Positions 53,061 to 64,000 of a DNA stretch of 64,000 bases are shown here, in pieces. Numbering within the stretch: the first letter of the stretch is position 1; each line of letters opens with the position of its first letter. The stretch comes from Felis catus (lineage: Eukaryota). Location: the NCBI RefSeq assembly GCF_018350175.1, contig NC_058368.1, positions 109,742,001-109,806,000 on the forward strand. The letters run 5' to 3'. A program made the position numbers and the translations under genes. Below the pieces are notes generated by a model. The model did no database searches, was not told where the DNA came from, and was given only the letters and a program-made list of their open reading frames with translations.

Positions 53061-54298
53061 TGTTACTACTACTTTGTGTTAATGTCTCTCCATCATTTGA
53101 GTTGTTGGAAGGATATTTCCCTGATGAGTTTCTAAAAATTAGCACATGTGAACTCTGATAAGTTCTTGACTGTTGATGACAGTTTTCCATGTCCACCGTT
53201 TGGTTGGATAGAACATAACCTTAGCTTCTGTTCTTTCCTTGATTATCTTAAATGGAATAATACTCTCCTTTGGCATATAGCATCGCTGTGGGATTATGAC
53301 AGTGTACTTTTCAGTTACTTGTTCTTTTTGTTAGATGCCCCCCACCCCCCATTTAATTGATAATTTACAAATAATTTGGTTTTGTTGCTGGTGGTTTTTG
53401 ATCTGTTTTTCCCAGGTATGCAGTGTGCATTTTCGGTATATAGTTTCATAGCTATTTAAACATGAGGGTTTTTTTCCTTGAATTACATCGTTCAATACTT
53501 GTTCTGTTCTTGTGCTTAGATTTTATTCTTTCAGAATTTAATTTTTTTAGAATGAGAGTGTTGCGTGAGCGGGGAGAAAGGCAGAGGAGGAGAGAGTCGT
53601 AAGCAGGCTCCATGCCAGCACGGAGCCTGATGTGGGCCTCAGTATGACCCTGAGATCATGATCTGAGCAGAAATCAAGAGATGAATGCTTAACCGACTGA
53701 GCCACCCTGGTGCTCTGGGTGAATTCTATAGTTATGTGAATTATTTTTCCAAACAAATTTTAAAAAGAATCAAAAAGCCTCTACCGTTGCTTTTGACATC
53801 TTTCTAGACTTCTCTCTGCACTTTTTTTTTCATTGTTTTTATGTTGGATATTTTCAAGTATTCAACACAACAAAGAATTTTATAGTGAACATTCTTAAGC
53901 TGCCACTTGTGTTCTATTTATAACATTAACAGTGCTTGTTTTGTCATGTACCTATTCATCTATTCATCCTTCTGTCTATCCACCAATTTGTTTTAGTGCA
54001 TCTCAAAATAGTGCACATCTATCTGTATACTTATCCCCAAATACTAAAGTATGCATATTAATCAGAATTCAGTGTTTTATAGTTTTTGGTTTTTTATTTA
54101 ATGACACACTCAATTTTTAAATGTTCATTTGCTGAGTTTTGACAAGTGCACACATCTTTGTAACTAGTACCCTTATCATGAAATAGACCATCTTGGAAAA
54201 GCTTCCTCAGGCCTTCATCCCCAGGGGCAGCCACTTAGGGGATTTTTCATTTTAGGGGCTCATAGATTACAATTCCCTGTTCTAGAACTTTTAAAGTT

Positions 54299-54340
<42 letters not shown>

Positions 54341-56809
54341 TTGAGTTTATTTATTTTGAGAGAGAGAGAGTGCCCATGTGTGAGGTGGGAAGGGACCTAG
54401 AGAGTGAAAGAGAGAGAATGAGAGAAAAGAATCCCAAGCAGTCTCTGCACTTTCAGGGAGGAGCTATACCTTACGATTGTGACATCGTGACCTGAACTGA
54501 AACCAAGAGTTGGACGCTTAACTCACTGAGCTATGCAGGCGCCCCTAGAACTTCTTATAAATGCAGTCATATAGTATGTAGTTTTGTGTAAGACTTGCTT
54601 TGCATAAAACTTGAGTTTGACTTAGTTGTTGCATGTGTCATTTGTTCCTCGTGTGTGCTGACTAGTGTGCCTGCCATTATAGGGTTATTGTTTTCTTGAT
54701 GGACACTGGCTTTTTCCAGTTTTATTGCTATTAGGGAAAAAAAACTCATAAAATTTTTTTTGGCGGGGCGTGGGGCGCCTGGGTGGCTCAGTTGGTTGAG
54801 TGTCTGACTTTGGCTCAGGTCATGTTCTCACAGTTCATGAGTTCAAGCCCCATACTGGGCTCACTGCTGTTAGAGTGGAGCCTGCTTTGGATCTTCTGTC
54901 TCCCTCTCTCTTTGCCTCTCCCCTGCTCATTCTCTCTCTCTCAGAGATAAATACCATATTAAAAACATAAAAAAATTATTTTTATGTTTATTTTTGAGAG
55001 AGAGAGTGGACGAGAGCCGGGAGGGGCAGAGAGAGAGGGAAGAGAGAGAATCCTATGCAGGCTCTGCACTGACAGTGAGGCTTCAACTCATGAACCATGA
55101 CTTTAACCAGAATCAAGAGTTGGACTCTCAACTGCCTGAGCCACCCAGGCGCTCAGGAAAAAACTTATTTTAAACGGTCACCAACACGTAAGGGATTCAG
55201 TTGTTTTATGTCCTCATCAATATTGGCATAGGTGGTCTTAAATTTTGGCTCTTCTGGTGTATATTCTGGTGGCTCTTCTTTGTATATTCTGTACCTCAGA
55301 GATACAATTCATAAAAGTCATACTCTTAAAGTGTGTAATCAGCGGGTTTTAATACATTCACAAAATTTGTAGCCATTACCGCAAGGAAGTCGTAGAATAT
55401 TTTCATCATCTCATAAACCCTGGATGAGCTGTCAAGCTATAAAAAAAACCTGGAGAAACCCTAAATGCATATTTCTAAACAAAAGAAGCCAGTTTGAGAA
55501 GGTTCCATGCTGTTTGATTTCAGGGGGAGTGAGCGATGAATAGGTGGAGCATAGGATTTTTAGGGCAGTGAAGCTATTCCATACGCCTTTATCAAGCTGG
55601 ATACTTACCATCATACATTTGTCAAAGCCTATAGAACCCTAGTTTATATTACTATATGTGTCTGTATTGGGAAGGTATCACGCTAATGCAAGATGTTAAT
55701 AGGAGAATTGTGGGGGGCTGGTGAGGGGTATGTGGGAATTCTCTGTACTTTCTGTGTATTTCTCTGTAAACCTAAAACTGAAAGTGTTTGAAGGAAAAAA
55801 AAAAAAGGAAAAAAAGAAATTGTACCCATTTGCTGTCTTTAATCATCTGTTTCTCCTACTACAGCCCTAGGCAGCTATTCTTCTGCTTTTTGGATTTGCC
55901 CACTCTGAACATTGCATACAAATGGAGTCCTATAGTATGTTTTCTTCTTTTTTTAAAATTTTTTAAGGGCGCTGGGGTGGCTCACTTAAGCGTTTGACTT
56001 CTGCTCAGGTCATGATCTCACAGTTTGTGGGTTTGAGCCCCACGTTGGGCTCTTTGCTGACAGCTGAGAGCCTGGAGTCTGCTTCAGATTCTGTGTCTCC
56101 CTTTCTCTGTCCCTCTCTCTCTCAAAAATAAAAAAATTTTAAATGTTTTTTGTTTATTTTTGAGAGAGCAAGAGAGTGCTCAAGCAGGAGAGAGGCAGAG
56201 AGAGAGGGAGACAGAGGATCTGAAGCCGGCTCCGCGCAGTGAGTACAGAGTTCCATGTGGAGCTTGAACTCATGAAACGAACCGTGAGATCATGAACTGA
56301 GCCGAAATCAAGAGTTGGCTCTTAATCCACTGAGTCACCTGGGCGCCCCTAATTTGTGTTCTTTTTTGACTGGCTTCTTTCACCTCACATAATTTTTTAA
56401 AAGTTTAATAACCATCTTTTAACTAATATTAGTCTCTGTTACTGTATTCATTCCTTTTTATTCCTGAATACTGTTTGATGGACATTAGGTTTTTTTCTAC
56501 TTTTTTGGCTGTTGTGAAGAATATTTATGTGCAATTTTTTGTGTGGACTTGTGTTTTCAATTAGTTTGGTTGTATACCTGGAGTGGAATTGTTGGGTCAT
56601 ACGGTAACACTGTGTTTAACATTTTGAGGAATTGACAAGTCCTTTGCCAAAGTAGCTATACCATTTTGCATTCTCACCAGGAATATGTGAGGGGTCCAGT
56701 TTCTTCACATTCTTGCCAATACTTGTTATTACCTACCTTTTGATTATAGCCATGTATTCCCCACATAAAAGTGGAATGTGATTTGAACCTATTGCTGTTT
56801 TTTTCATAG

Positions 56810-56886
56810 AGGCAAATTTCTGGAGATGTGCGATGATCTCTTAGCTAGAGTGGAGCCACCACTTCGTAGTGTTTTGGAACAGGCCA
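56810..56886 (+). CDS. HSPA4: HSPA4 coding exon 8 (77 nt)
   Basis: ttttcatag / [31 protein letters not shown]; phases agree with exons 7 and 9. Confidence 0.96.
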
Positions 56887-58452
56887 GTAAGTATTATTGT
56901 GACTGAGTTGTTTGTATAATTCAGGCTCTTTGGAAAATGTCATTTATAACTTTTTGTTAAAGTTATATACATTTTCATTGTATGAACTGCTTTATTGCTG
57001 CGTGAAGCCTCTTGTTATCTATATTTTTCCTCTGGAGCACCCCAGCTCCCACCCTTTTGATCATATTGTCCAGTGAAATCTAATACTTTTCTCGAGTTAA
57101 TTCAGACTCAGAGGTGGATATAAGCATCTCATTTATTGGTAAAAATTGTCTTTTGCATTGCTGCTTATTCTAGTCTTAAAGCCTTTTCTGTCAGTGAATC
57201 TTTTGCTGACTGAGAAATACAGCAAAGGGAGGATGTGATAACCACAAAGCTATTTTAACAGTATGCTTTAATTTTATCTCTAGCTAAAAGTAGAAGTTTG
57301 ATTTAGGAATGTATCCTTAATTTTTCTAAAACCTTCAACATACTTTTATTTGGAATCCACTGTTGTGTTGGTTGCTGAGTATTTCAGTGTGTTGAGATAT
57401 ACTGTCATCTTGACAAAGGCCCAGCTCTTAAATCAGAGTGACTGTGGCACACTGGCATGTACTTTTCCATACTGGGATATCCATTTCTTTAAATAGCCCT
57501 TCTCAACATAGTTTTTGTTGCATAAAATGTGGTGTTAGTATTTTATGAATGACTGAAGACGTTTGATGTGCACCTTCTTTACTTCTTTTATAAGGAGGCT
57601 GTACCTGTATTATTAACGTTCTAGATGGAATATTCAGGTGGCTAGACGTGCTTTGAATGCTTTTTCTTTCATGTCACATCAGGATCACTCAGTATTTCAA
57701 GGCTCTCTTATTTTTCCTTTGGCTAGCTTAAGTATTGGTGTTTAAACAATTCTTTGGTACTGTTTCAGAGATTACAGGGCCTGTACACTGCAGGGCATTG
57801 AGTATTCCTGGCACTCACGTCTTAAGTTCCAGTATTGTGCCACACTGTCCTTGTTATTTTGTGCATTAAAACATAACCTACTTGGGTCACCTGGGTGGCT
57901 CAGGAGGTTAAGCGCCCGACTTCGGCTCAGGTCATGATCTCACAGTTCACAGGTTCCAGCCCCACATCAGGCTCTGTGCTGGCTGGCTGTGCAGGCTGAG
58001 CCTGCTTGGAATCCCCCCCCTCCCCCCCCCCCCCCCCACTGCCCGCATTTGTATGTATGTATGTATGGGTAGTGGTGGGGCTACCCATGGTGGGGTGAAG
58101 GAGTGGTGCAGTTTTGTTACATTTTAAGTTACTTTGTGTTAAGATGTTACATTGCTCTTTTATTTCAATGCAAAGTACTAATTTATTTTTATTTTTTTTA
58201 ATTAAAAAATTTTTTTAAAGATTTTTTTTATTTGAGAGAAAGAGAGAACGCATGTGATGCATATATGTGTGTGGGAGGGGCAGAAGGAGGGAGAGAGAGA
58301 ATCCCAAGCAGGCTCTATGCTGTCAGTGCAGAGGCCGTCATGGGGCTTAATCTCACAAATTGTGTGATCATGACCTGAGCTGAAATCAAGAGTCAGACAC
58401 TTAACTGACTGAGCCACTCTGCTGCCCCGTAAAGTACGAAAGATTGTTTTAA

Positions 58453-58647
<195 letters not shown>

Positions 58648-59142
58648 TAGGTAGCCAGCCATTTATAGGTTATTGTTCCCAGATGGCTTTGCTTTTCTGT
58701 ATTCACTAATAATCTGAGGTCACCTCAGGATGATCTGTAGGTGTAAGGTTCTGAAATTTTAGTTTTTAAAATGGATATCACAGGTGGTATTGATAAATGG
58801 AATTGTACCCTGTAATACACAGTAAGATAAATTAATTTATTAGAAGCATATGTAAGCCTGAGATATTATGAGAATTTGGCATACTGATCGTCTATATATG
58901 AAGTAATCTTCTACATCCGTTAAGTAAAGGTTTAAGTTAATGGGAAAATGGTAAGTAATGGCTGGAAGATAATTCGACAAATGATAACAAGTTTTTAAAA
59001 CCACTTACTCAGACATCATTAAATAATTAATGTAAATACTTAAAAACCATTGATGGTTTTTTGAAGTTATTATTTATACATCTCATAATAGTTCATAATG
59101 TCTGTACTTGTCATATGGAATTTTTAAAAATTATTATTCTAG

Positions 59143-59249
59143 TGTGCAATCTTATCGCCTGCTTTCAAAGTCAGAGAATTTTCTATAACTGATGTAGTAC
59201 CATATCCAATATCTCTGAGATGGAATTCTCCAGCTGAAGAAGGGTCAAG
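59143..59249 (+). CDS. HSPA4: HSPA4 coding exon 10 (107 nt)
   Basis: attattctag / [41 protein letters not shown]. Confidence 0.97.
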
Positions 59250-59687
59250 GTAATAACATTTATTAATTATTTTTATATTTAAAGTTAACTTAGTGTTAGG
59301 TCTGAGTAAAATATTGCCCTCTGTTTCACCTTTTACAAATCCGTAACGTTTTGTCACAGTGCATGAAGCAGAGTGATGCCTTACTTTAGTCTTGAGTATA
59401 AATTTGTGTCCTTATTTAGTTTCCTGTTGATCCGACTGAAATAATTGAAGACTTTTATGTGCTTATTGAAGTATATTCCTTTTCTTAAAATTGATTTTAT
59501 ACGTATGTATAGATAGACATGTCGGTTTTTTATTTTCCTTGGAAGCTCTTCTATCCTGGAAATGATGCCAGATGAGAGCAAGAGAAGAGTAACTAGAGCC
59601 ATGCTATAATTACTAACATAGCATACATTGGTAAAAGTTTCAGGAATATCTTAAATTGGTGTGTTTTTGTCTTTTTCCTTTATCTAG

Positions 59688-59821
59688 TGACTGTGAAGTC
59701 TTTACAAAAAATCATGCTGCTCCTTTCTCTAAAGTACTCACCTTTTATAGAAAGGAACCTTTCACTCTTGAGGCCTATTATAGCTCTCCGCAGGATTTGC
59801 CCTATCCAGATCCTGCTATAG
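59688..59821 (+). CDS. HSPA4: HSPA4 coding exon 11 (134 nt)
   Basis: ctttatctag / [50 protein letters not shown]. Confidence 0.97.
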
Positions 59822-59836
59822 GTAAGTAGAGTTGGG

Positions 59837-59868
<32 letters not shown>

Positions 59869-60822
59869 TACTTGGGAGAACTGGGATAGCAGGGCAAATA
59901 CAATATTCTGAAGTTTAGTTCATACACAAAAAACCTCTGCCAGTCTTTTTACCAGTTCAGTACTAGCAGGATGGTTATTATTTAATTTGGTCTCCTATTA
60001 TGTGGGCAGTTATTTCTTGGTTAATGAACATAGTGGGTATACCTTGCACATAATATTCCTAGATACTGAAAAAGAGTTAAATTCAGTTTTGACCATAACA
60101 CAGAGTTATACACAGAAAATCATTAGGAAATTGTTATATCAGTACCCTAGGTCATGGATCCATGTTGGTTAGAGTCTTCAGAGACTCTCAGAAACTCTTA
60201 CAATCTGGAAATAATACCAGGTAAAGAGAGAGAAATTAGAGTTACATGATAATTACAGAATTAGAATGCATGAGTCAAGTATAGGAATACCGTGAATGAT
60301 ACTTAGAAGCTATGGGAAAGGTTATCTCTGTTTTCCTCATTTATAAACTGGAATAAGAACGATCATTCATATTTTGCAGAGGTTTGTGAATTATAAAACT
60401 TAAGTAAAACTCTGGTATACTAACTGACTCCGTATATGGCAGTTTTTTTGGTAAATGACAGAAGCAGTATGGAATCCCTGGGTTTGTTTTTTTTTTCAGT
60501 AGTGGAGAAGGTGACATCGGTTTAGGAACTTACCTGGCAGTGGCATATAAAGATGAATTGTAGTAAGGGACCAATGGTAAGGGAATGTTTGGAGGGTTAG
60601 GAGACTTTTGAATCCTTAATTGGGACAAGGTACTAAGAGTTTGACTATTTGTGAAAGAAGAAGGAGAAATCTGATGATCATGTAAGCTTGTAAGAGTATT
60701 TGAAGCATCATGTTACTGACTTATCACTGGGAAATGGGCATAACCTGGCGATATAGGCATATATTCATGTTTGAATTCGTCCTCTCAGGTCATATTTTCT
60801 CTTTTGTCTCATATGTCCCTAG

Positions 60823-61004
60823 CTCAGTTTTTAGTTCAGAAAGTCACTCCTCAGTCTGATGGCTCCAGTTCAAAAGTGAAAGTCAAGGTGCGAGTAAATG
60901 TCCATGGCATCTTCAGTGTGTCTAGTGCATCTCTAGTGGAAGTGCTCAAGTTTGAGGAAAATGAGGAACCGATGGAAACAGATCAGAATGCAAAGGAGGA
61001 AGAG
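60823..61004 (+). CDS. HSPA4: HSPA4 coding exon 12 (182 nt)
   Basis: gtccctag / [67 protein letters not shown]. Confidence 0.97.
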
Positions 61005-61932
61005 GTAATTTGGATGTTTTATACTAGAGGTTAGGGTTAGGCTAGAAATTCTAGCAAATTTACTGGGTGGCAAGGGAGGAACTTTGTGACAGAGTGCTGA
61101 GGGTGAGTTTACAGGTGTTCCCTTATTCAAGCAGATACGTCTTTATACAATCTTTCAGTTGAGTTATTTTTGATTCTGATTACTGAAGAATGCTTGGAGT
61201 CTCAGTTATTTTCACAAGTAGATTGTATTCTCATTAGAATCATGCACTGGGCCTCATCCTTTTTGTGCATCAAAATCAAGGCTTTATGAAACTACTGAGT
61301 CTCCAGAGATTTTATTGAGTTGGTCTGGACTAAGGCCCAGGTATCAGTTTTAGAAGCCTCCGAGGTCATTCTAATGTGCTGCAGGCATTGAGAGCCAAGA
61401 ATTGAGGTCTCCACAAACTTTGTTTTATCATTATTGTCAGCCTTTGTTCTTTTAACAGAATTCTGAAGGTGTTCAGCTCCCCTAATACATGCAGTGGTTG
61501 TACTTGGGAGGATGAAAAGACTAATTTAAAAACTTGAAAGTCTCCAGACTTTTGAGAGAAATTTACTCATGAGGAAGCTGGGAGAAACTCCTTTCTCTTC
61601 AGAAACATCTGTTAAATATTGCCACACTGCATCAGATGAGTTTACAAAGTAGTAAAGTACACTGCTGCGGTTTACATAGTAGTTCCACAGCCACCCTGGT
61701 TTACATAACAACTGTTACTCCCTTGTGCAGATGTATGAACTGAGATCCAGAGAGGAAGACTTCCCTATTAGAGATAACATATGTCATAGCTGGAATTGGA
61801 GTCTAGGTATTCTGAGTGCTGATAATTGAGCAGGAATTACCTACCATGTGATTTTGCCTCTGTGTTAGGAGGGTTGCTTACTCTTGCATTAGTGTTTCCT
61901 AGTTTTGGGATTTGATACGACCTGTTTTTCAG

Positions 61933-62022
61933 AAGATGCAAGTGGATCAGGAGGAACCACATGCTGAAGAGCAGCAGCAGCACACGCCAGCAGAGAATAA
62001 GGCAGAGTCTGAAGAAATGGAG
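61933..62022 (+). CDS. HSPA4: HSPA4 coding exon 13 (90 nt, acidic loop); later exons lie beyond the window
   Basis: gtttttcag / [36 protein letters not shown]. Exons 1-13 sum to 1650 nt (550 codons) with no stop. Confidence 0.96.
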
Positions 62023-62030
62023 GTATAAGT

Positions 62031-62042
62031 TGTGTGTGTGTG

Positions 62043-62073
<31 letters not shown>
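62031..62073. repeat. (TG)n microsatellite starting at +9 of intron 13
   Basis: About 21 TG units with one interruption, directly followed by the tail of an antisense SINE. Confidence 0.92.
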
Positions 62074-62337
62074 AATTATTTTTTTTTGAGAGACGGAGGG
62101 CATGAGTGGGGGAGGGGCAGAGAAAGGGTGAGAGAATCCCAAGCAGGTTCCATGGTGTCGGCATGGAGCCCAGCATGGGACTTGTTCCCACAAACTGCAA
62201 GATAAAGACCTGAGCCGAAATCAAGAGTCAGGTGCTCAGCCTACCCAGGTGCCCCATAGTTGTGTTTGTGAATGTGATTTGTAATCTCTTCACATCGATG
62301 GTTTGGCTGAGATAGTGCATCTTCGAAGGTAGTTATG

Positions 62338-62669
62338 CATTTGACCCTTGAATAATGCGCAGGTTAAGGATCCTGACCCCTATGCAGTAAAAAGCCTGTG
62401 TATAACGTCTGGCTCCCCCAAAAGTTGACTAGTGGCCTACTGTTGACCAGAAGCCCTACTAGTCACAAAATAAGTAGTTGATTAACTCCTTTTGTATGTT
62501 ACATGTATTAAATATTGTATTCTTACAAGAAGATAAGCTAGAGAAAAAATGTTACTAAGAAAATCGTAAAGCAGAGACCATGCACTTGGAGTACTGTACT
62601 GTTTCAAAAAGAAATCCATATATGCATGGACCTGTGCGGTTCAAACCTGTATTATTCAAGGGTCAGCTG
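62338..62669. mobile_element. Tigger2a-like MITE, copy 3
   Basis: CATTTGACCCTTGAATAAT ... ATTATTCAAGGGTCAGCTG inverted repeats; same orientation as the other two copies. Confidence 0.8.
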
Positions 62670-64000
62670 TGTTAGGAATTCTCCATGTATTTGAAACTTT
62701 TAAGCAAGATTTTGTAGTGTGTTTGGAAAGTGTTTGGCTAGAACATTGAACTGTAGTCCATTTAGTATGTGGGAAGAATGTACTCAGAAACTAGTTTTGC
62801 TAGGTTGTGATTGGTTCTTGTTGGTTTCTGAATGGCTGTTGCTGTTAGTCATCCTACCTATAATTTATTTTTTACTGATAAATGGGACATAATTTTTTCA
62901 AATTTTGTTATCTGACACTTGTTTTTTGTCTAAAGATAGTGTTTTAAATAATAAGGTATATCCTAACTACTTATTTGAAAATATATATGTAACACTGTTG
63001 AATCCTTCACGATCCTATTTTTTTTATTTATTTTTTAAAATTATTCTTGAGAGTGAGAATGCACCCATGTGCGTGGTGGGGGTGGGTGTGGTGCAGGCAG
63101 AGAGAGAGGGAGAGAGAGGATCCCACAACAGCTGTCAGCATGGAGCCTGACTTGAGGCTTGATCTCATGAACCACAAGATCACGACCTGAGTGAGCCCAA
63201 ATCCAGAGTTGAACACTTAACTGACTGAGCCACCCACGTGCCCCTGTAATCCTGTTCTTTAACTTGGTGACGTCCAAGTTTTCGTGTTTAAATTTGTTGT
63301 CAGTATTGAAAACGTGTTTTCTTTCAACTTAGGATATTGCAGTGTGTAGTCTAACCTTTGTAACCTGTTTCTGATTGTTTGGCAGAACCTGTAGATGGCT
63401 TAAGTCTGTAAACTCATTTTTCTTTTTTAAAGTTTTTGTTTTTAAGTTTATTTCTGAGAGAGAGAGAGAGCAGGGGAGGGGCAGAGAGAGAGGGAGACAG
63501 AATTCCAAGCAGGCTCTGTACTGTCAGCACAGAGCCTGATGTGGAGCTCAGACTCCCAGAACTGTGAGATCATGACCGGAGCTGAAACCAAGAGTCAGAT
63601 GCTGAATTGACTGGGCCCCCAGGCGGTGCTGTTAACTCATTTTCACATCAGCTTATTAGTATATTTGAAATTATTGTGAGTGTGCAAATCATAAAAAAGA
63701 ATAATGGTCAGAGGAAGTGGAAAAGCCTGCTTATAGGCCTTTTCCAAGGTAGAAAACCATTCATGGTGAGTGGTTGAGGGCAACAGTCTGAGGGAGTAGT
63801 ACTTTGTGTGTATATGGAGAACTGTCGAGGAGAAAGGAAAGGTGCTCTGTCCCTTCCCCTCCTAGTGCTGTGGAGCTGTGGGAAATTTCAGTGGGCTGGT
63901 TAGGCTTCTTCGTTGACGTGGCTTGAGAACTGACACCTTTCCTAGTATGAAATTAAATGCAAATGATAAATTTTAGAAACTGACTTAACTTGGATAAGAG

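Noticed and set aside
58013..58038. Long C-run (potential G-quadruplex on the minus strand)
   Set aside because: It sits where the pyrimidine tract of a decayed SINE belongs; homopolymer length is unreliable and there is no sign of function.
60771..60822. Open frame and upstream CAG (60786-60788) suggesting an extended exon 12
   Set aside because: That acceptor would add 34 nt and shift the frame; the AG at 60821-60822 gives the expected protein.

Overview
Mammalian (cat-family, judging by abundant felid-type tRNA-derived Can-SINEs) genomic DNA. About 26 kb of repeat-rich intergenic sequence is followed by a CpG-island promoter and coding exons 1-13 of HSPA4 (Hsp110-family chaperone Apg-2) on the + strand. 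The 13 exons splice with GT-AG junctions into an uninterrupted 1650-nt frame (550 aa); the gene continues past the window end. Two decayed processed pseudogenes lie on the - strand: an RNPS1 retrocopy in intron 1, apparently from the short MAPSPTK isoform and inserted into a MIR, and a 5'-truncated CBX3 (HP1-gamma) retrocopy upstream that the ORF track misses. The rest is roughly 65-70 Can-SINEs, solo LTRs, Tigger and hAT MITEs, and L1/L2/MIR fragments. I see no evidence for a new multi-gene system. The most interesting unannotated signals are three locally templated insertions that look like DNA-repair scars, a two-tailed headless SINE chimera, repeatedly reused insertion sites, SINE strand bias inside the gene, a palindrome-rich core promoter, and a SINE-derived (TG)n tract at the donor of in-frame exon 13. 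Gene and repeat family names come from my recall of known sequences, not from database searches.
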